In this document: one piece after another, positions 1 to 8,853 of the stretch
Position numbering within the stretch: the stretch's first letter is position 1
How the letters are laid out: every line of letters begins with the position of its first letter
Assembly: GCA_011051715.1 (NCBI GenBank)
Contig: DRKP01000006.1
Coordinates: forward strand, 12,729 to 76,728
Reading direction: 5' to 3'
Origin: Sedimenticola thiotaurini
GTDB taxonomy: Bacteria > Pseudomonadota > Gammaproteobacteria > Chromatiales > Chromatiaceae
Length of the DNA stretch: 64,000 bases
Made by a program: the position numbers and the translations under genes
Notes under the pieces: generated by a model
The model's input: only the letters and a program-made list of their open reading frames with translations
What the model was told of the DNA's origin: nothing
Databases searched by the model: none

Positions 1-725
1 GTGGTGTCGGTCGTCTCGCCCAGGCGGTCCGGGATGGGGATGCCGCCGCCTCCCTCACGCTGCTGAACGCACAGGATGGGCCGGAGCTGGGACGGCTGGA
101 TGACGACCGCCTGCTGTCGGGCGCCGTGGCGGGTTTCCGCGACTACCTGTCACTGGTACGCGGCGGCGAGGATCCGCTACGGGTTTTTGCCGCCTTCGAC
201 CGGTTCCGGGTGCTGGCCGCCATGCGCCGTGGCCGGCGTGGGGTCGAGGGGTTGAATCACAGGCTGGAGCAGGCCCTGCTGGAGGCGGGATTGTTGCAGA
301 GCCGGGAGGGGTGGTACCAGGGGCGTCCGGTGATGGTCCTGCAGAACGATTACGGCCTGCGGCTCTACAATGGCGACATCGGCATCGTGCTGGGCGGTGA
401 CGGCCCCGGGGCCCGGGTCTGTTTCCCGGACGGTGAGGCCGGTCTGCGCTGGATCCCGCCGTCGCGGCTTCCGCCCCACGAGACCGCCTTCGTCATGACC
501 GTACACAAGAGCCAGGGTTCGGAGTTCGACCGGGTGCTGCTGGTGCTGCCGCAGGAGGACCGGCCGCTGCTCACCCGCGAGCTGATCTACACCGCGGTCA
601 CCCGTGCCCGCGAGCGGTTCCAGGTATGCGCCCCCGACGCGGTGTGGGCGGCCGCGGTGGAGCGTCGCACCCGGCGCTCGTCGGGGTTGCGCGAGGCGCT
701 GTGGGGTCCGCCGGTCTCCGCCTGA
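1..725 (+). CDS. recD: Exodeoxyribonuclease V alpha subunit RecD, C-terminal part (5' end lies upstream of the window)
   Basis: Reading frame is open from base 3. It carries SF1 helicase C-terminal motifs VMTVHKSQGSEFDRVLLVLP and LIYTAVTRARERF. Stop at 723-725. Confidence 0.8.
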   Translation, partial: GVGRLAQAVRDGDAAASLTLLNAQDGPELGRLDDDRLLSGAVAGFRDYLSLVRGGEDPLRVFAAFDRFRVLAAMRRGRRGVEGLNHRLEQALLEAGLLQSREGWYQGRPVMVLQNDYGLRLYNGDIGIVLGGDGPGARVCFPDGEAGLRWIPPSRLPPHETAFVMTVHKSQGSEFDRVLLVLPQEDRPLLTRELIYTAVTRARERFQVCAPDAVWAAAVERRTRRSSGLREALWGPPVSA

Positions 726-800
726 CACACCATGGCGTCCGGCCCCCGGGCGCGGATATACTGCTCCCCTGCGAACCCTCCTCATCTGGACACTGCCACC

Positions 801-1442
801 ATGAGATACCGGATCATCCCCGTCACCCCGTTCGAGCAGAACTGCAGCCTGCTCTGGTGCGGCTCCAGCGGCCGGGCGGCGGTGGTGGATCCGGGTGGCG
901 ACCTGCCACGTATCCTGGCCGCGGTGGAGGAGGAGGGGGTGACCCTGGAGCGGATCCTCATCACCCATGCCCACATCGATCATGCGGGCGCTGCCGGCGA
1001 GCTGGCCGGGCAGCTGGGCATCCCCATCGAGGGCCCACAGCAGGAGGACGCCTTCTGGATAGAGATGCTGCCGGAGCAGTCACAACAGTTCGGCTTCCCG
1101 CCGGCGCGGCGCTTCGTGCCGGAGCGCTGGCTGGGCCAGGGCGACCGGGTGGCGATCGGTGAGCAGGTCCTGGAGGTGCGCCACTGCCCCGGCCACACCC
1201 CCGGTCATGTGGTCTTTCTCCACCCGGGCACGGCGCTGGCGGTGGTGGGTGACGTGCTGTTCCGGGGCTCCATCGGCCGTACCGACTTTCCCCGTGGCGA
1301 CCACGCCCAGCTGCTGGCGTCGATTCGCGACCAGCTGCTGACCCTGGACGATGCGGTCGCGGTGATCCCGGGCCACGGTCCGATGACCACCATCGGCCAC
1401 GAGCGTCTGACCAACCCCTTTCTCACCCGAGACCTGCCATGA
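801..1442 (+). CDS. MBL-fold metallo-hydrolase (YcbL/glyoxalase II-like)
   Basis: HAHIDHAG metal motif, CPGHTPGHVVF, GDVLFRGSIGRTDFPRGD and IPGHGP. I chose the internal ATG at 801 (MRYRIIPVTPFEQNC) because the ORF-track start at 732 adds an unconserved extension. Confidence 0.85.
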   Translation: MRYRIIPVTPFEQNCSLLWCGSSGRAAVVDPGGDLPRILAAVEEEGVTLERILITHAHIDHAGAAGELAGQLGIPIEGPQQEDAFWIEMLPEQSQQFGFPPARRFVPERWLGQGDRVAIGEQVLEVRHCPGHTPGHVVFLHPGTALAVVGDVLFRGSIGRTDFPRGDHAQLLASIRDQLLTLDDAVAVIPGHGPMTTIGHERLTNPFLTRDLP

Positions 1443-1915
1443 AACGCAGCGAACAGCTGAAGAAGCTCTCCTGGGAACACCACGATGCCCTCAAGTTCGC
1501 CCGCAACGTGGGTCACGGCCTGCGCCGGGGCGCCGATCTGCGGGAGGTGGCCGACTATGCGGTCTATGTCACCGATCACTTCCTCACCCCCCATTTCCGA
1601 CTCGAGGAGGAGGCCCTGATCGCGCGCCTGGACCAATCCCGGCGCGCTCTCGAGCCGGTACAGCGGGTGCTGGAGGAGCATCGCGGCTTCGCCCGCCTGC
1701 GTCAGCAGCTGGCGGACGCCGGCGAGGCGGACCTGCCGGAGCTGCTCGCACGCTTCCGCGACCTGCTCAGGGGGCACGTCAGGCTGGAGGAGAACCAGCT
1801 GTTTCCCCTGCTGGAGCGGGAGCTGTCGGCCGACCAGCTGGACCAGGCGAAGGCGGAGATCGATGCCCGCCACATCTCCGCCTGCGAGGAGTGGGGTCGC
1901 TCCTTCCTGGGTTGA
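1439..1915 (+). CDS. Hemerythrin (HHE cation-binding) domain protein
   Basis: WEHHDALKF, HFRLEEEAL, LEEHRGF and HVRLEENQLFPLLE His/Glu motifs. Its start overlaps the upstream stop (ATGA at 1439-1442). Confidence 0.75.
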   Translation: MKRSEQLKKLSWEHHDALKFARNVGHGLRRGADLREVADYAVYVTDHFLTPHFRLEEEALIARLDQSRRALEPVQRVLEEHRGFARLRQQLADAGEADLPELLARFRDLLRGHVRLEENQLFPLLERELSADQLDQAKAEIDARHISACEEWGRSFLG

Positions 1916-2042
1916 TATCGGGTCCCGCGGTGCCGCGCCATGGCCTGTGCAGGGGGCTGCCGCCATCCAGGTGGAATAAAGCAGCGGGTCGCCGCGTCTT
2001 AAGGTCCATGAAAGAGAGGAAAGGAGCGAGCCCGCCGACCCC

Positions 2043-2594
2043 ATGAAGCTGTTTCGCGACCGCCGTCAGGATCGACTGCAGCAGCAGTTGGCGCAGCTGC
2101 GACCCCGGCTCTACCGCTCGGCGCTGGCCTGGTGCGGCAACCCCGAGCTGGCCGACGACCTGGTGCAGGAGGCCCTGTCGAAGGCGCTGCAGAAGATGAC
2201 CACCCTGAAGGAGACCTCCTCCCTCGACGCCTGGATCTTCTCGATCCTGGTCAACTGCCGCCGTGATCACTATCGCCGCTGCCGGCCCGAAGAGAGCTAC
2301 CGGGAGCAGGCCGACGAACGCCAGCCGACCGCGGACCAGGCCCTGCAGACGGAGCAGACGGTGGAACGGGTACGGGCATCGGTGCAGCGGCTCAGCGAGG
2401 GTCAGCGGGAGGTGCTGGCACTGGTGGACCTGGAGGGTTTCTCCTACGCCGAGGTCTCCGGCATCCTGCAGATCCCCATCGGCACCGTCATGAGTCGGCT
2501 CAACCGGGCCAGGAGCGCCCTCAGGCAGCAGCTGCTGGCAGCGAACGATGCCGCCCGGGGCACCCGGCGCGGCCACCTGGAGCGGGTCAAATGA
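2043..2594 (+). CDS. ECF-type RNA polymerase sigma-70 family factor
   Basis: Region 2 (LYRSALAWCGNPELADDLVQEAL, DAWIFSILVNCRRDHYR) and region 4 HTH (REVLALVDLEGFSYAEVSGILQIPIGTVMSRLNRAR). Confidence 0.9.
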   Translation: MKLFRDRRQDRLQQQLAQLRPRLYRSALAWCGNPELADDLVQEALSKALQKMTTLKETSSLDAWIFSILVNCRRDHYRRCRPEESYREQADERQPTADQALQTEQTVERVRASVQRLSEGQREVLALVDLEGFSYAEVSGILQIPIGTVMSRLNRARSALRQQLLAANDAARGTRRGHLERVK

Positions 2595-3325
2595 ATACCA
2601 TCACCCACTATTCCGACGAGATCATCAACGCCTTCGTGGACGGTGAACTGGCCGCCGCCGAGCGCCGCGAGCTGCTGGCTGCAGCTGCAGAGTCGGACCG
2701 GCTGCGGCAGCGCATCTGCGAGGCGGTGCAGTTGAAGGAGCTGGTGCGGGGGGCCTATCCCGCGCGGTCGCCGGAGGGGTTGGTAAAGGGGCGGAGCGGC
2801 CGCCGTGGCGCCCGGATGCGCCATGCGGCCGCCGCTGCGGTGGCGGTGCTGGCAGTCAGTGTGGCACTGCTGCTCCCGCGGCCGGAACCGGGGCAGCGGC
2901 TGGCGGACGGCGCCCTCTCCCCGGTGCTGCCGCTGAGTACCGGCGAGGAGGCGGGGGAGACGACCCGGGTGGTGTTCCATGTCAGCAGCGCCGATCCGGC
3001 CGCCGCCCGTGAACTGCTGGACCAGGTGGAGCTGGTGCTGCGTGAATACGCCGCCGGCAACCGGCCGCTGAAGGTGGAGGTGATCGCCAACAACGAGGGG
3101 CTGCGGCTGCTGCAGCAGGGCCGCTCCCCGGTGGCCGAGCGGATCCGCCGGCTCGACCAGCGCTACCAGAATCTGTTGTTCGCCGCCTGTGGCAATACCC
3201 TGGAACGGCTGCGCCGGGAGACCGGCGAGCAGATCCGGATCCTGCCCCAGGCGGTGATCGTGCAATCCGGAGTTTCGTTCGTGGCCCGGCGCCAGCAGGA
3301 GGGCTGGGCCTACATAAAAGTCTGA
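2591..3325 (+). CDS. Membrane anti-sigma factor with C-terminal DsrE/DsrF-like (COG1416-type) domain
   Basis: ATGA overlap with the sigma gene. N-terminal anti-sigma signature IINAFVDGELAAAERREL and one TM helix (HAAAAAVAVLAVSVALLL). The C-terminal ~130 aa are colinear with the next gene product and include the ACGNT Cys motif. Confidence 0.75.
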   Translation: MNTITHYSDEIINAFVDGELAAAERRELLAAAAESDRLRQRICEAVQLKELVRGAYPARSPEGLVKGRSGRRGARMRHAAAAAVAVLAVSVALLLPRPEPGQRLADGALSPVLPLSTGEEAGETTRVVFHVSSADPAAARELLDQVELVLREYAAGNRPLKVEVIANNEGLRLLQQGRSPVAERIRRLDQRYQNLLFAACGNTLERLRRETGEQIRILPQAVIVQSGVSFVARRQQEGWAYIKV

Positions 3326-3389
3326 GCCGGTTCGGGTGGTCCCTGCCCGGATCGAGCCCGGCGATTCACCAAAGCGAGGAGATGTGACG

Positions 3390-3833
3390 ATGAAGACGAT
3401 GAGACCCTATACCCCGTTCCTGTTGCTGTTGTCCCTGTTGCTGGCGGCGCCACTGGCCTTTGCCGGCAGCGACGACGGGCCGAAGCACAAGATCGTGATC
3501 CAGGTCAGCAGCGACGATGCCAGGACCCAGAAGATCGCCCTCAACAACGCGGTCAACCTGCAGAAGGCGCTGGGGCAGGACAATGTCGCCATCGAGATCG
3601 TCGCCTATGGCCCGGGGCTCTCCCTGCTGACCAGCAAGTCCCGCCAGGGCAAACGGGTGGAGAGCCTGGCGATGCAGGACATCACCTTCAGCGCCTGCGG
3701 CAACACCATGAAGAAGGTGGCGAGAAAGACCGGCAAGGAACCGCAGCTGCTGGAGGGCGTGCGGGTGGTCCAGGCCGGCGTGCTGCGGATCATGGAGCTG
3801 CAGGAGCAGGGCTACGCCTACGTGCGTCCGTAG
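3390..3833 (+). CDS. Secreted DsrE/DsrF-like family protein (COG1416-type)
   Basis: AGGAG RBS at 3377-3381 and ATG at 3390. Signal peptide MKTMRPYTPFLLLLSLLLAAPLAFAGS. Motifs KIVIQVSSDD, IEIVAYGPGL, FSACGNTMKK and QEQGYAYVRP. Confidence 0.8.
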   Translation: MKTMRPYTPFLLLLSLLLAAPLAFAGSDDGPKHKIVIQVSSDDARTQKIALNNAVNLQKALGQDNVAIEIVAYGPGLSLLTSKSRQGKRVESLAMQDITFSACGNTMKKVARKTGKEPQLLEGVRVVQAGVLRIMELQEQGYAYVRP

Positions 3834-3851
3834 ACCGGCGGATCCGCCAGC

Positions 3852-3876
3852 GACCCGGGGATCCCCGCCCCGGGTC
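3852..3876. terminator. GC-rich hairpin between convergent genes (possible bidirectional terminator, no U-tract)
   Basis: GACCCGGGG (3852-3860) pairs with CCCCGGGTC (3868-3876). A neighbouring perfect palindrome GGCGGATCCGCC lies at 3837-3848. Confidence 0.35.
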
Positions 3877-3883
3877 CACTCCA

Positions 3884-4789
3884 TCACCCCTGCGCGGCCT
3901 GACCGGCGCGCCGGCGTGAATCCAGCGTGAACAGGAGCACCCCGCTCCAGATCAGCAGGAAACTGGCCAGGTGGGCCTGGCCGAACGGCTCCCGGAACAG
4001 GAACACGGCCAGCAGAAACTGGCAGGTCGGATTCAGGTACTGCAGCAGCCCCACCGTGCCCAGTCGCAGACGACGGGTGGCGCTGGTGAACAGCAGCAGC
4101 GGGATCGCCGTCACCAGGGCGGCGGCCGCCAGCAGGGCATCGAAGCCCGGCCCCAGGGTGCCGAAGACCAGGGCGCCGTCGCGCCACTGCAGTCCCAGGT
4201 AGAGCAGCGCCGGTGGTGCCAGCAATAGACACTCCATGGTCAACCCGACCAGGGTCCCCACCGGGATCTTCTTTCTCACCAGGCCATAGAGGCTGAACGA
4301 GACCGCCAGGACCAGGGCGATCCACGGCAGCCGGCCGGTCAGCAGCAGCTGGATCGCCACGCCGCCCAGCACCAGGCCGACGGCCAGCTGCTGGGGGCGG
4401 TTCAGGCGCTCGTCCAGGAACAGGCGGCCCAGCAGCAGCATCATGATGGGGAAGATGAAATACCCCATGCTCGCCTCCAGGGCACGGTCGTTGTTGACCG
4501 CCCAGATGAAGCCGAGCCAGTTGACCGACACCAGCAGGGCGCTGACCAGCAGGATGCGGCGGTGACGGCCGTCCCCGAGCAGGCGCCGCAGCTCCATGAC
4601 GCGACCGCTGGCGACCACCAGCAGCAGGCACAGCAGCAGCGACCAGACCACCCGGTGGGCCAGGATCTCCAGCGCCCCCGCCTGCCCGACGGCCCGGTAG
4701 TAGAGTGGCGAAAAGCCCCACAGCAGGAAGGCGCCGAGGGCGGCGGCGGTGCCGATGCCAGTGCTGCTCAGCGGAGGGCGGATGGTCAT
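3884..4789 (-). CDS. rarD: EamA/DMT family transporter RarD
   Basis: Ten-TM-like hydrophobic profile. RarD-type N-terminus GAFLLWGFSPLYYRA and duplicated EamA halves. Confidence 0.85.
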   Translation of the reverse strand: MTIRPPLSSTGIGTAAALGAFLLWGFSPLYYRAVGQAGALEILAHRVVWSLLLCLLLVVASGRVMELRRLLGDGRHRRILLVSALLVSVNWLGFIWAVNNDRALEASMGYFIFPIMMLLLGRLFLDERLNRPQQLAVGLVLGGVAIQLLLTGRLPWIALVLAVSFSLYGLVRKKIPVGTLVGLTMECLLLAPPALLYLGLQWRDGALVFGTLGPGFDALLAAAALVTAIPLLLFTSATRRLRLGTVGLLQYLNPTCQFLLAVFLFREPFGQAHLASFLLIWSGVLLFTLDSRRRAGQAAQG

Positions 4790-4908
4790 CGCAGGGCGCC
4801 GGGAAGGGTACGGGGAGCCGGGATCTTACCCTGTCCGGGCTTCCCGTACATCTCCATTGCTCCCTGTGGGTCCTGTTGTCGCCGTTCCTGTTCAGGAATT
4901 AGAAGGAG

Positions 4909-6612
4909 ATGCCGCTAGAGACTTCTGAGCAGGAGAAAACGAGGGAGCAGAGACCGACGATGGCAGGAGAGGCCAGGGCCGTCAATTTCCGACGCAACGA
5001 ACTGGAGTCCCGATCGTTCCTGGTGGTGGACGACTTCGGCGACATGCGCAGCATGGTCAAGAACATGCTGCAGTCGATGGGCGTGCAGCAGATCGATCTG
5101 GCCAGAAACGGCGTCGAGGCGATCCGGGCGATCGAGAACCCCGACAACCACTACCAGGTGATCCTGTGCGACTACAACCTGGGACCGGGCAAGAATGGCC
5201 AGCAGATCCTGGAGGAGGTGCGCCACCGGGAACTGATCGGCGTGGGCACGGTGTTCGTGATGATCACCGCCGAGAATACCTTCGAGATGGTGATGGGCGC
5301 GGTCGAGTACGAGCCGGACTCCTACATGACCAAACCGTTCACCAAGGATCTGCTGCGCAGCCGGCTGGAGAAGCTGATTGCGCGCAAGAAGGACCTGGAA
5401 GACGTGGAGCGGGCGATGACCAGGCGCGATTTCGAGGGCGCCATCCGGCTGCTCGACGCCAAGATCGGGACGCGCCCCCGCAATCTGGCCCAGCTCAACA
5501 AGCTGAAGGGCGAGCTGGCCCTGCGCGCCGGCGATCATGAGCGGGCGGAGCAGGTCTACCGGGAGGTGCTGGAGGGGCGGGATCTGCCCTGGGCGCGGCT
5601 GGGGCTGGGCAAGGTGTATTACGCCAGCGGTCGCTACCAGGAGGCGCAGGCACTGTTCCAGCAGTTGCTGGAGCAGAATCCCCGGCTGACGGCCGCCTAC
5701 GACTGGCTGGCCCGCACCCAGCAGGCCCTGGATGCGTTGCCGGCGGCCCAGCAGACCCTGGAACAGGCGGTGTCGCTGTCGCCGAAGGCGATCCTGCGGC
5801 AACGCGCCCTGGGCGAACTGGCGCTGAAGAACGACGACCTGGAGGTGGCGGAGAGGGCCTTTGCCGAGGCGGTCAGCCTGGGACGCCATTCGGTCTACAA
5901 GACCCCCCGGACCTATGCCGATCTGGCGCGGATCAGGGTCCGTACCCGGGGGGCGAAGGAGGCGCGCAAGGTGCTGCAGGGGCTGCAGCGCGAATTTCCC
6001 GGTGATACCGAGGCCAGTCTGCACGCGGCGATGGCCGACAGCGCCATCGCCATGGCGCAGGGAGACGAGGCGACCGCCCGGGCCCGACTGGCCGAGGCGA
6101 GGGCCCTGTACCGGGGGATGGGCGATGATGCGGGGGCCGAGCTGACGCTGGAACTGGCCCGTACCTGCGGTGCCCTGGGTGAGACCGAGCGGGCCAAGGA
6201 ACTGCTGCAGCAGGCGGTGCGCAACAATCACGCGGAAGAGGCGTTTCTGCGCGAGGTGGGGAGCGCGCTCGGCGATCTCGGCCTCGGCATCGATCCGGAA
6301 GCGTTCATCTCCGACATCCGCCGCGAGATCATCCGGCTCAACAACGAGGGGGTGCAACTGGCCCGTGCCGGCCGGCTGGATCAGGCGGTGGGCCTGTTCG
6401 AGGAGGCGGTCAAGCGGATGCCGGGCAACAAGGTGGTGAACCTGAACACCGCCCGGGTCCTGATCATGTACATGAAGCGGCACGGCCCGGACGAGGAGAA
6501 CCTGCGACGGGTGCGGGAGCTGCTGGCGCGGGTAAAGGGCCTGGATCCGGAGAGCCAGAGCCTGCGCAAGGTCCATGGCATGTTGCGGGAGCTGCTGGAG
6601 TCGGCCGCCTGA
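4909..6612 (+). CDS. Response regulator (REC domain) fused to a long TPR-repeat domain
   Basis: REC motifs FLVVDDFGDMR, ILCDYNLGPGKNG and MITAE..YMTKP, followed by about 400 aa of TPR-like repeats (YYASGRYQEAQALFQQLLEQNP etc.). An alternative ATG lies at 4960. Confidence 0.85.
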   Translation: MPLETSEQEKTREQRPTMAGEARAVNFRRNELESRSFLVVDDFGDMRSMVKNMLQSMGVQQIDLARNGVEAIRAIENPDNHYQVILCDYNLGPGKNGQQILEEVRHRELIGVGTVFVMITAENTFEMVMGAVEYEPDSYMTKPFTKDLLRSRLEKLIARKKDLEDVERAMTRRDFEGAIRLLDAKIGTRPRNLAQLNKLKGELALRAGDHERAEQVYREVLEGRDLPWARLGLGKVYYASGRYQEAQALFQQLLEQNPRLTAAYDWLARTQQALDALPAAQQTLEQAVSLSPKAILRQRALGELALKNDDLEVAERAFAEAVSLGRHSVYKTPRTYADLARIRVRTRGAKEARKVLQGLQREFPGDTEASLHAAMADSAIAMAQGDEATARARLAEARALYRGMGDDAGAELTLELARTCGALGETERAKELLQQAVRNNHAEEAFLREVGSALGDLGLGIDPEAFISDIRREIIRLNNEGVQLARAGRLDQAVGLFEEAVKRMPGNKVVNLNTARVLIMYMKRHGPDEENLRRVRELLARVKGLDPESQSLRKVHGMLRELLESAA

Positions 6613-6627
6613 GCCGGGATCCGAGTC

Positions 6628-7296
6628 ATGCAGTTTGCCGATATCCTCGCTTCCCTCATCCACGACATGAAGAACTCCCTCGGGATGGTGATCAATACCC
6701 TGGAGGAGCTGACCGGTGATGCCGTCGACGGCGACCGGAGCCGCGCCAGGATGGTGGCCCTGCAACACGAGGCGAAGCGCCTGAACAGCAACCTGATCGA
6801 ACTGCTCACCCTGTACAAGATCGAGAACGACCGCATCAGCGCCAACATCGAGCAGGTCAATGTGGATGAATTCCTGGAAGAGGTGGTGCTGGACAACCGC
6901 GCGGTGGCCCACAGCCGCGATATCGAGCTCACCTGGGTCTGTGATCCGGATCTGGACGGCTACTTCGACGAAGGGCTGGTGCGGGGGGTCCTCAACAACC
7001 TGATCGGCAACGGACTGCGCTATACCCGGAGGCGGCTCGAGGTGCATGGCGAGCAGCAGGGAGATTACCTGGTGTTGTCGGTGCAGGACGATGGCGACGG
7101 CTTCCCGGAGGCCATGCTCGAGGCCCAGGACCACCCGGCCGCCGCGATGGACGGGGGCAGCGGCCGCACCCACCTGGGCATCTATTTCTCCCGCCTGGTT
7201 GCCGGGCTGCACCGGGAAGGCGACCGTCGCGGCTACATCCGGCTCGAAAACGGCGGCTCCCTCGGGGGCGGCTGCTTCTCGCTCCACCTGCCCTGA
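6628..7296 (+). CDS. Soluble histidine kinase (HisKA + HATPase_c only, no TM or sensor domain)
   Basis: H-box LIHDMKNSL, N-box NLIGNGLRYT, G1 VQDDGDGFPE and G2 GSGRTHLGIYF. Confidence 0.8.
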   Translation: MQFADILASLIHDMKNSLGMVINTLEELTGDAVDGDRSRARMVALQHEAKRLNSNLIELLTLYKIENDRISANIEQVNVDEFLEEVVLDNRAVAHSRDIELTWVCDPDLDGYFDEGLVRGVLNNLIGNGLRYTRRRLEVHGEQQGDYLVLSVQDDGDGFPEAMLEAQDHPAAAMDGGSGRTHLGIYFSRLVAGLHREGDRRGYIRLENGGSLGGGCFSLHLP

Positions 7297-7367
7297 CTTC
7301 CCGGACCGGCCCGGCACCCGGTCTGCTATGATGACGCGGATCTGTCCCTGCCTCGTTCCGTGCCAGC

Positions 7368-8186
7368 GTGATCCCGCCCCAGCCTCCCTTTGTCCAGCCA
7401 ACCGTCGCCGTCACCATCTCCGATCCCCGGGAGCGGGAACGGGCGCTGGCGCTGGCACACGAACTGGGTCTGCCGCTGCTGCAGCCGGGTGAGGAGGGTC
7501 CGCCGCTGCAACTGTCGCCGACACCTGCGGGCCTGGAACTGCGCCAGCGGGGCAGGGGGGCGCCGGGCCCGCTGCGGATCGATTTCGCTGCCGGCGCCAT
7601 GGCCCACCGCCGCCGTGCCGGCGGTGGTCGCAGACAGCCGCTGGCCAGGGCGGTGGGGCTTGGCCGGGGGCGGGCGCCGGTGGTGCTCGATGTCACTGCC
7701 GGTCTCGGTCGTGACGCCTTCGTGCTCGCCAGCCTCGGGGCGACGGTGCGGATGGTGGAACGTTCACCGGTGGTCTGGGCGCTGTTGCGGGATGCCCTCG
7801 AGCGCGCCACCCGGGTCCCGGAGCTGGCGGCGATCATGGAACGCATGACGCTGATCCGGATGGACGCCAGGGACTGCCTGGCCGGGCTGCCGGCGGGGGA
7901 GCGACCCGATGTCGTCTATCTCGACCCCATGTATCCCCACCGCAACAAGTCGGCGCTGGTGAAGAAGGAGATGCGCCTGTTCAGGATGCTGGTGGGAGAC
8001 GACGAGGACGCCGCCGGTCTGCTGGAGCTGGCCCGGAGCCGGGCTGTCCACCGGGTGGTGGTGAAACGGCCCGCCCGGGGCGGGCCGCTGGGTGACAGCG
8101 CACCCGACGGCTGTGTGCGCAGCCCGAACACCCGCTACGATCTCTACATCAATCGCGGCTTCGGCGATCCGGCTGCAGGGGCATGA
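7368..8186 (+). CDS. rsmJ: 16S rRNA (guanine1516-N2)-methyltransferase RsmJ
   Basis: Colinear with E. coli RsmJ: AMAHRRR.GGGR, VLDVTAGLGRDAFVLASLG, VVYLDPMYPHRNKSALVKKEMR and RVVVKRP. GTG start. Confidence 0.9.
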   Translation: MIPPQPPFVQPTVAVTISDPRERERALALAHELGLPLLQPGEEGPPLQLSPTPAGLELRQRGRGAPGPLRIDFAAGAMAHRRRAGGGRRQPLARAVGLGRGRAPVVLDVTAGLGRDAFVLASLGATVRMVERSPVVWALLRDALERATRVPELAAIMERMTLIRMDARDCLAGLPAGERPDVVYLDPMYPHRNKSALVKKEMRLFRMLVGDDEDAAGLLELARSRAVHRVVVKRPARGGPLGDSAPDGCVRSPNTRYDLYINRGFGDPAAGA

Positions 8187-8222
8187 CGGTGGCGCCGGCA
8201 TGGTGAGGGCGCCCGGAAGAGA

Positions 8223-8299
8223 TGGCGGAGCGGACGGGACTCGAACCCGCGACCCCCGGCGTGACAGGCCGGTATTCTAACCAACTGAACTACCGCTCC
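8223..8299 (-). tRNA. tRNA-Asp (GTC)
   Basis: The reverse complement GGAGCGGTAGTTCAGTTGGTTAGAATACCGGCCTGTCACGCCGGGGGTCGCGGGTTCGAGTCCCGTCCGCTCCGCCA folds as a cloverleaf. Anticodon loop CTGTCAC, encoded CCA, near-identical to E. coli tRNA-Asp. Confidence 0.95.
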
Positions 8300-8364
8300 G
8301 TTGAGGTGGCCGGTCGCTGACCGGTCAGCTGGAGCGCGGCAGTATACCTGCTCCGGGGGAAAGA

Positions 8365-8853
8365 TCAAGCGCGCTTCGACGGTTGGCCGAGGGGAGTCCA
8401 GCGGGAGAATGTCGCGGCCTGGCCGGAGATCCGTCCGTCCCGGTCCAGCAGATTCCACACCACGGCCCCCTCGATCAGGAAGCGCCGGCCACTGGCGGAG
8501 ATCCGGATGCCGCTGTAGTCGTCGATGAAACCGTTGGCCGACACCCGTGCCAGCAGCTCCGCCCGTTGCGCCTGCTCCGCCGTCGCCGCCGATCGACGCG
8601 ACGGCAGCCGGGTGAATCCGGCCCAGTCGAGTTCGAACAGCTCCAGGGCCAGGGCGTTGCCGTAGTCGAAACAGGGGTCGTCGCCGGTTCCGTGGGAGAC
8701 GACCACGAACGGGGCATGGTACAGCCGTTCCGCGGTCACCGCGGGATCCGGGTGCGGCGGCAGCAGGGCCTGCCCGGTCCAGTGCCGGTAGCTGTCGAGC
8801 AGACGGGCGACATGGTCCGCCAGGAAGCCGTTGTCGGGGGAGGGTGGCTTCAT
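8365..8853 (-). CDS. MEKHLA domain-containing protein
   Basis: [37 protein letters not shown] and [19 protein letters not shown]. The ATG at 8853 overlaps the nfo stop (ATGA). Confidence 0.75.
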   Translation of the reverse strand: MKPPSPDNGFLADHVARLLDSYRHWTGQALLPPHPDPAVTAERLYHAPFVVVSHGTGDDPCFDYGNALALELFELDWAGFTRLPSRRSAATAEQAQRAELLARVSANGFIDDYSGIRISASGRRFLIEGAVVWNLLDRDGRISGQAATFSRWTPLGQPSKRA

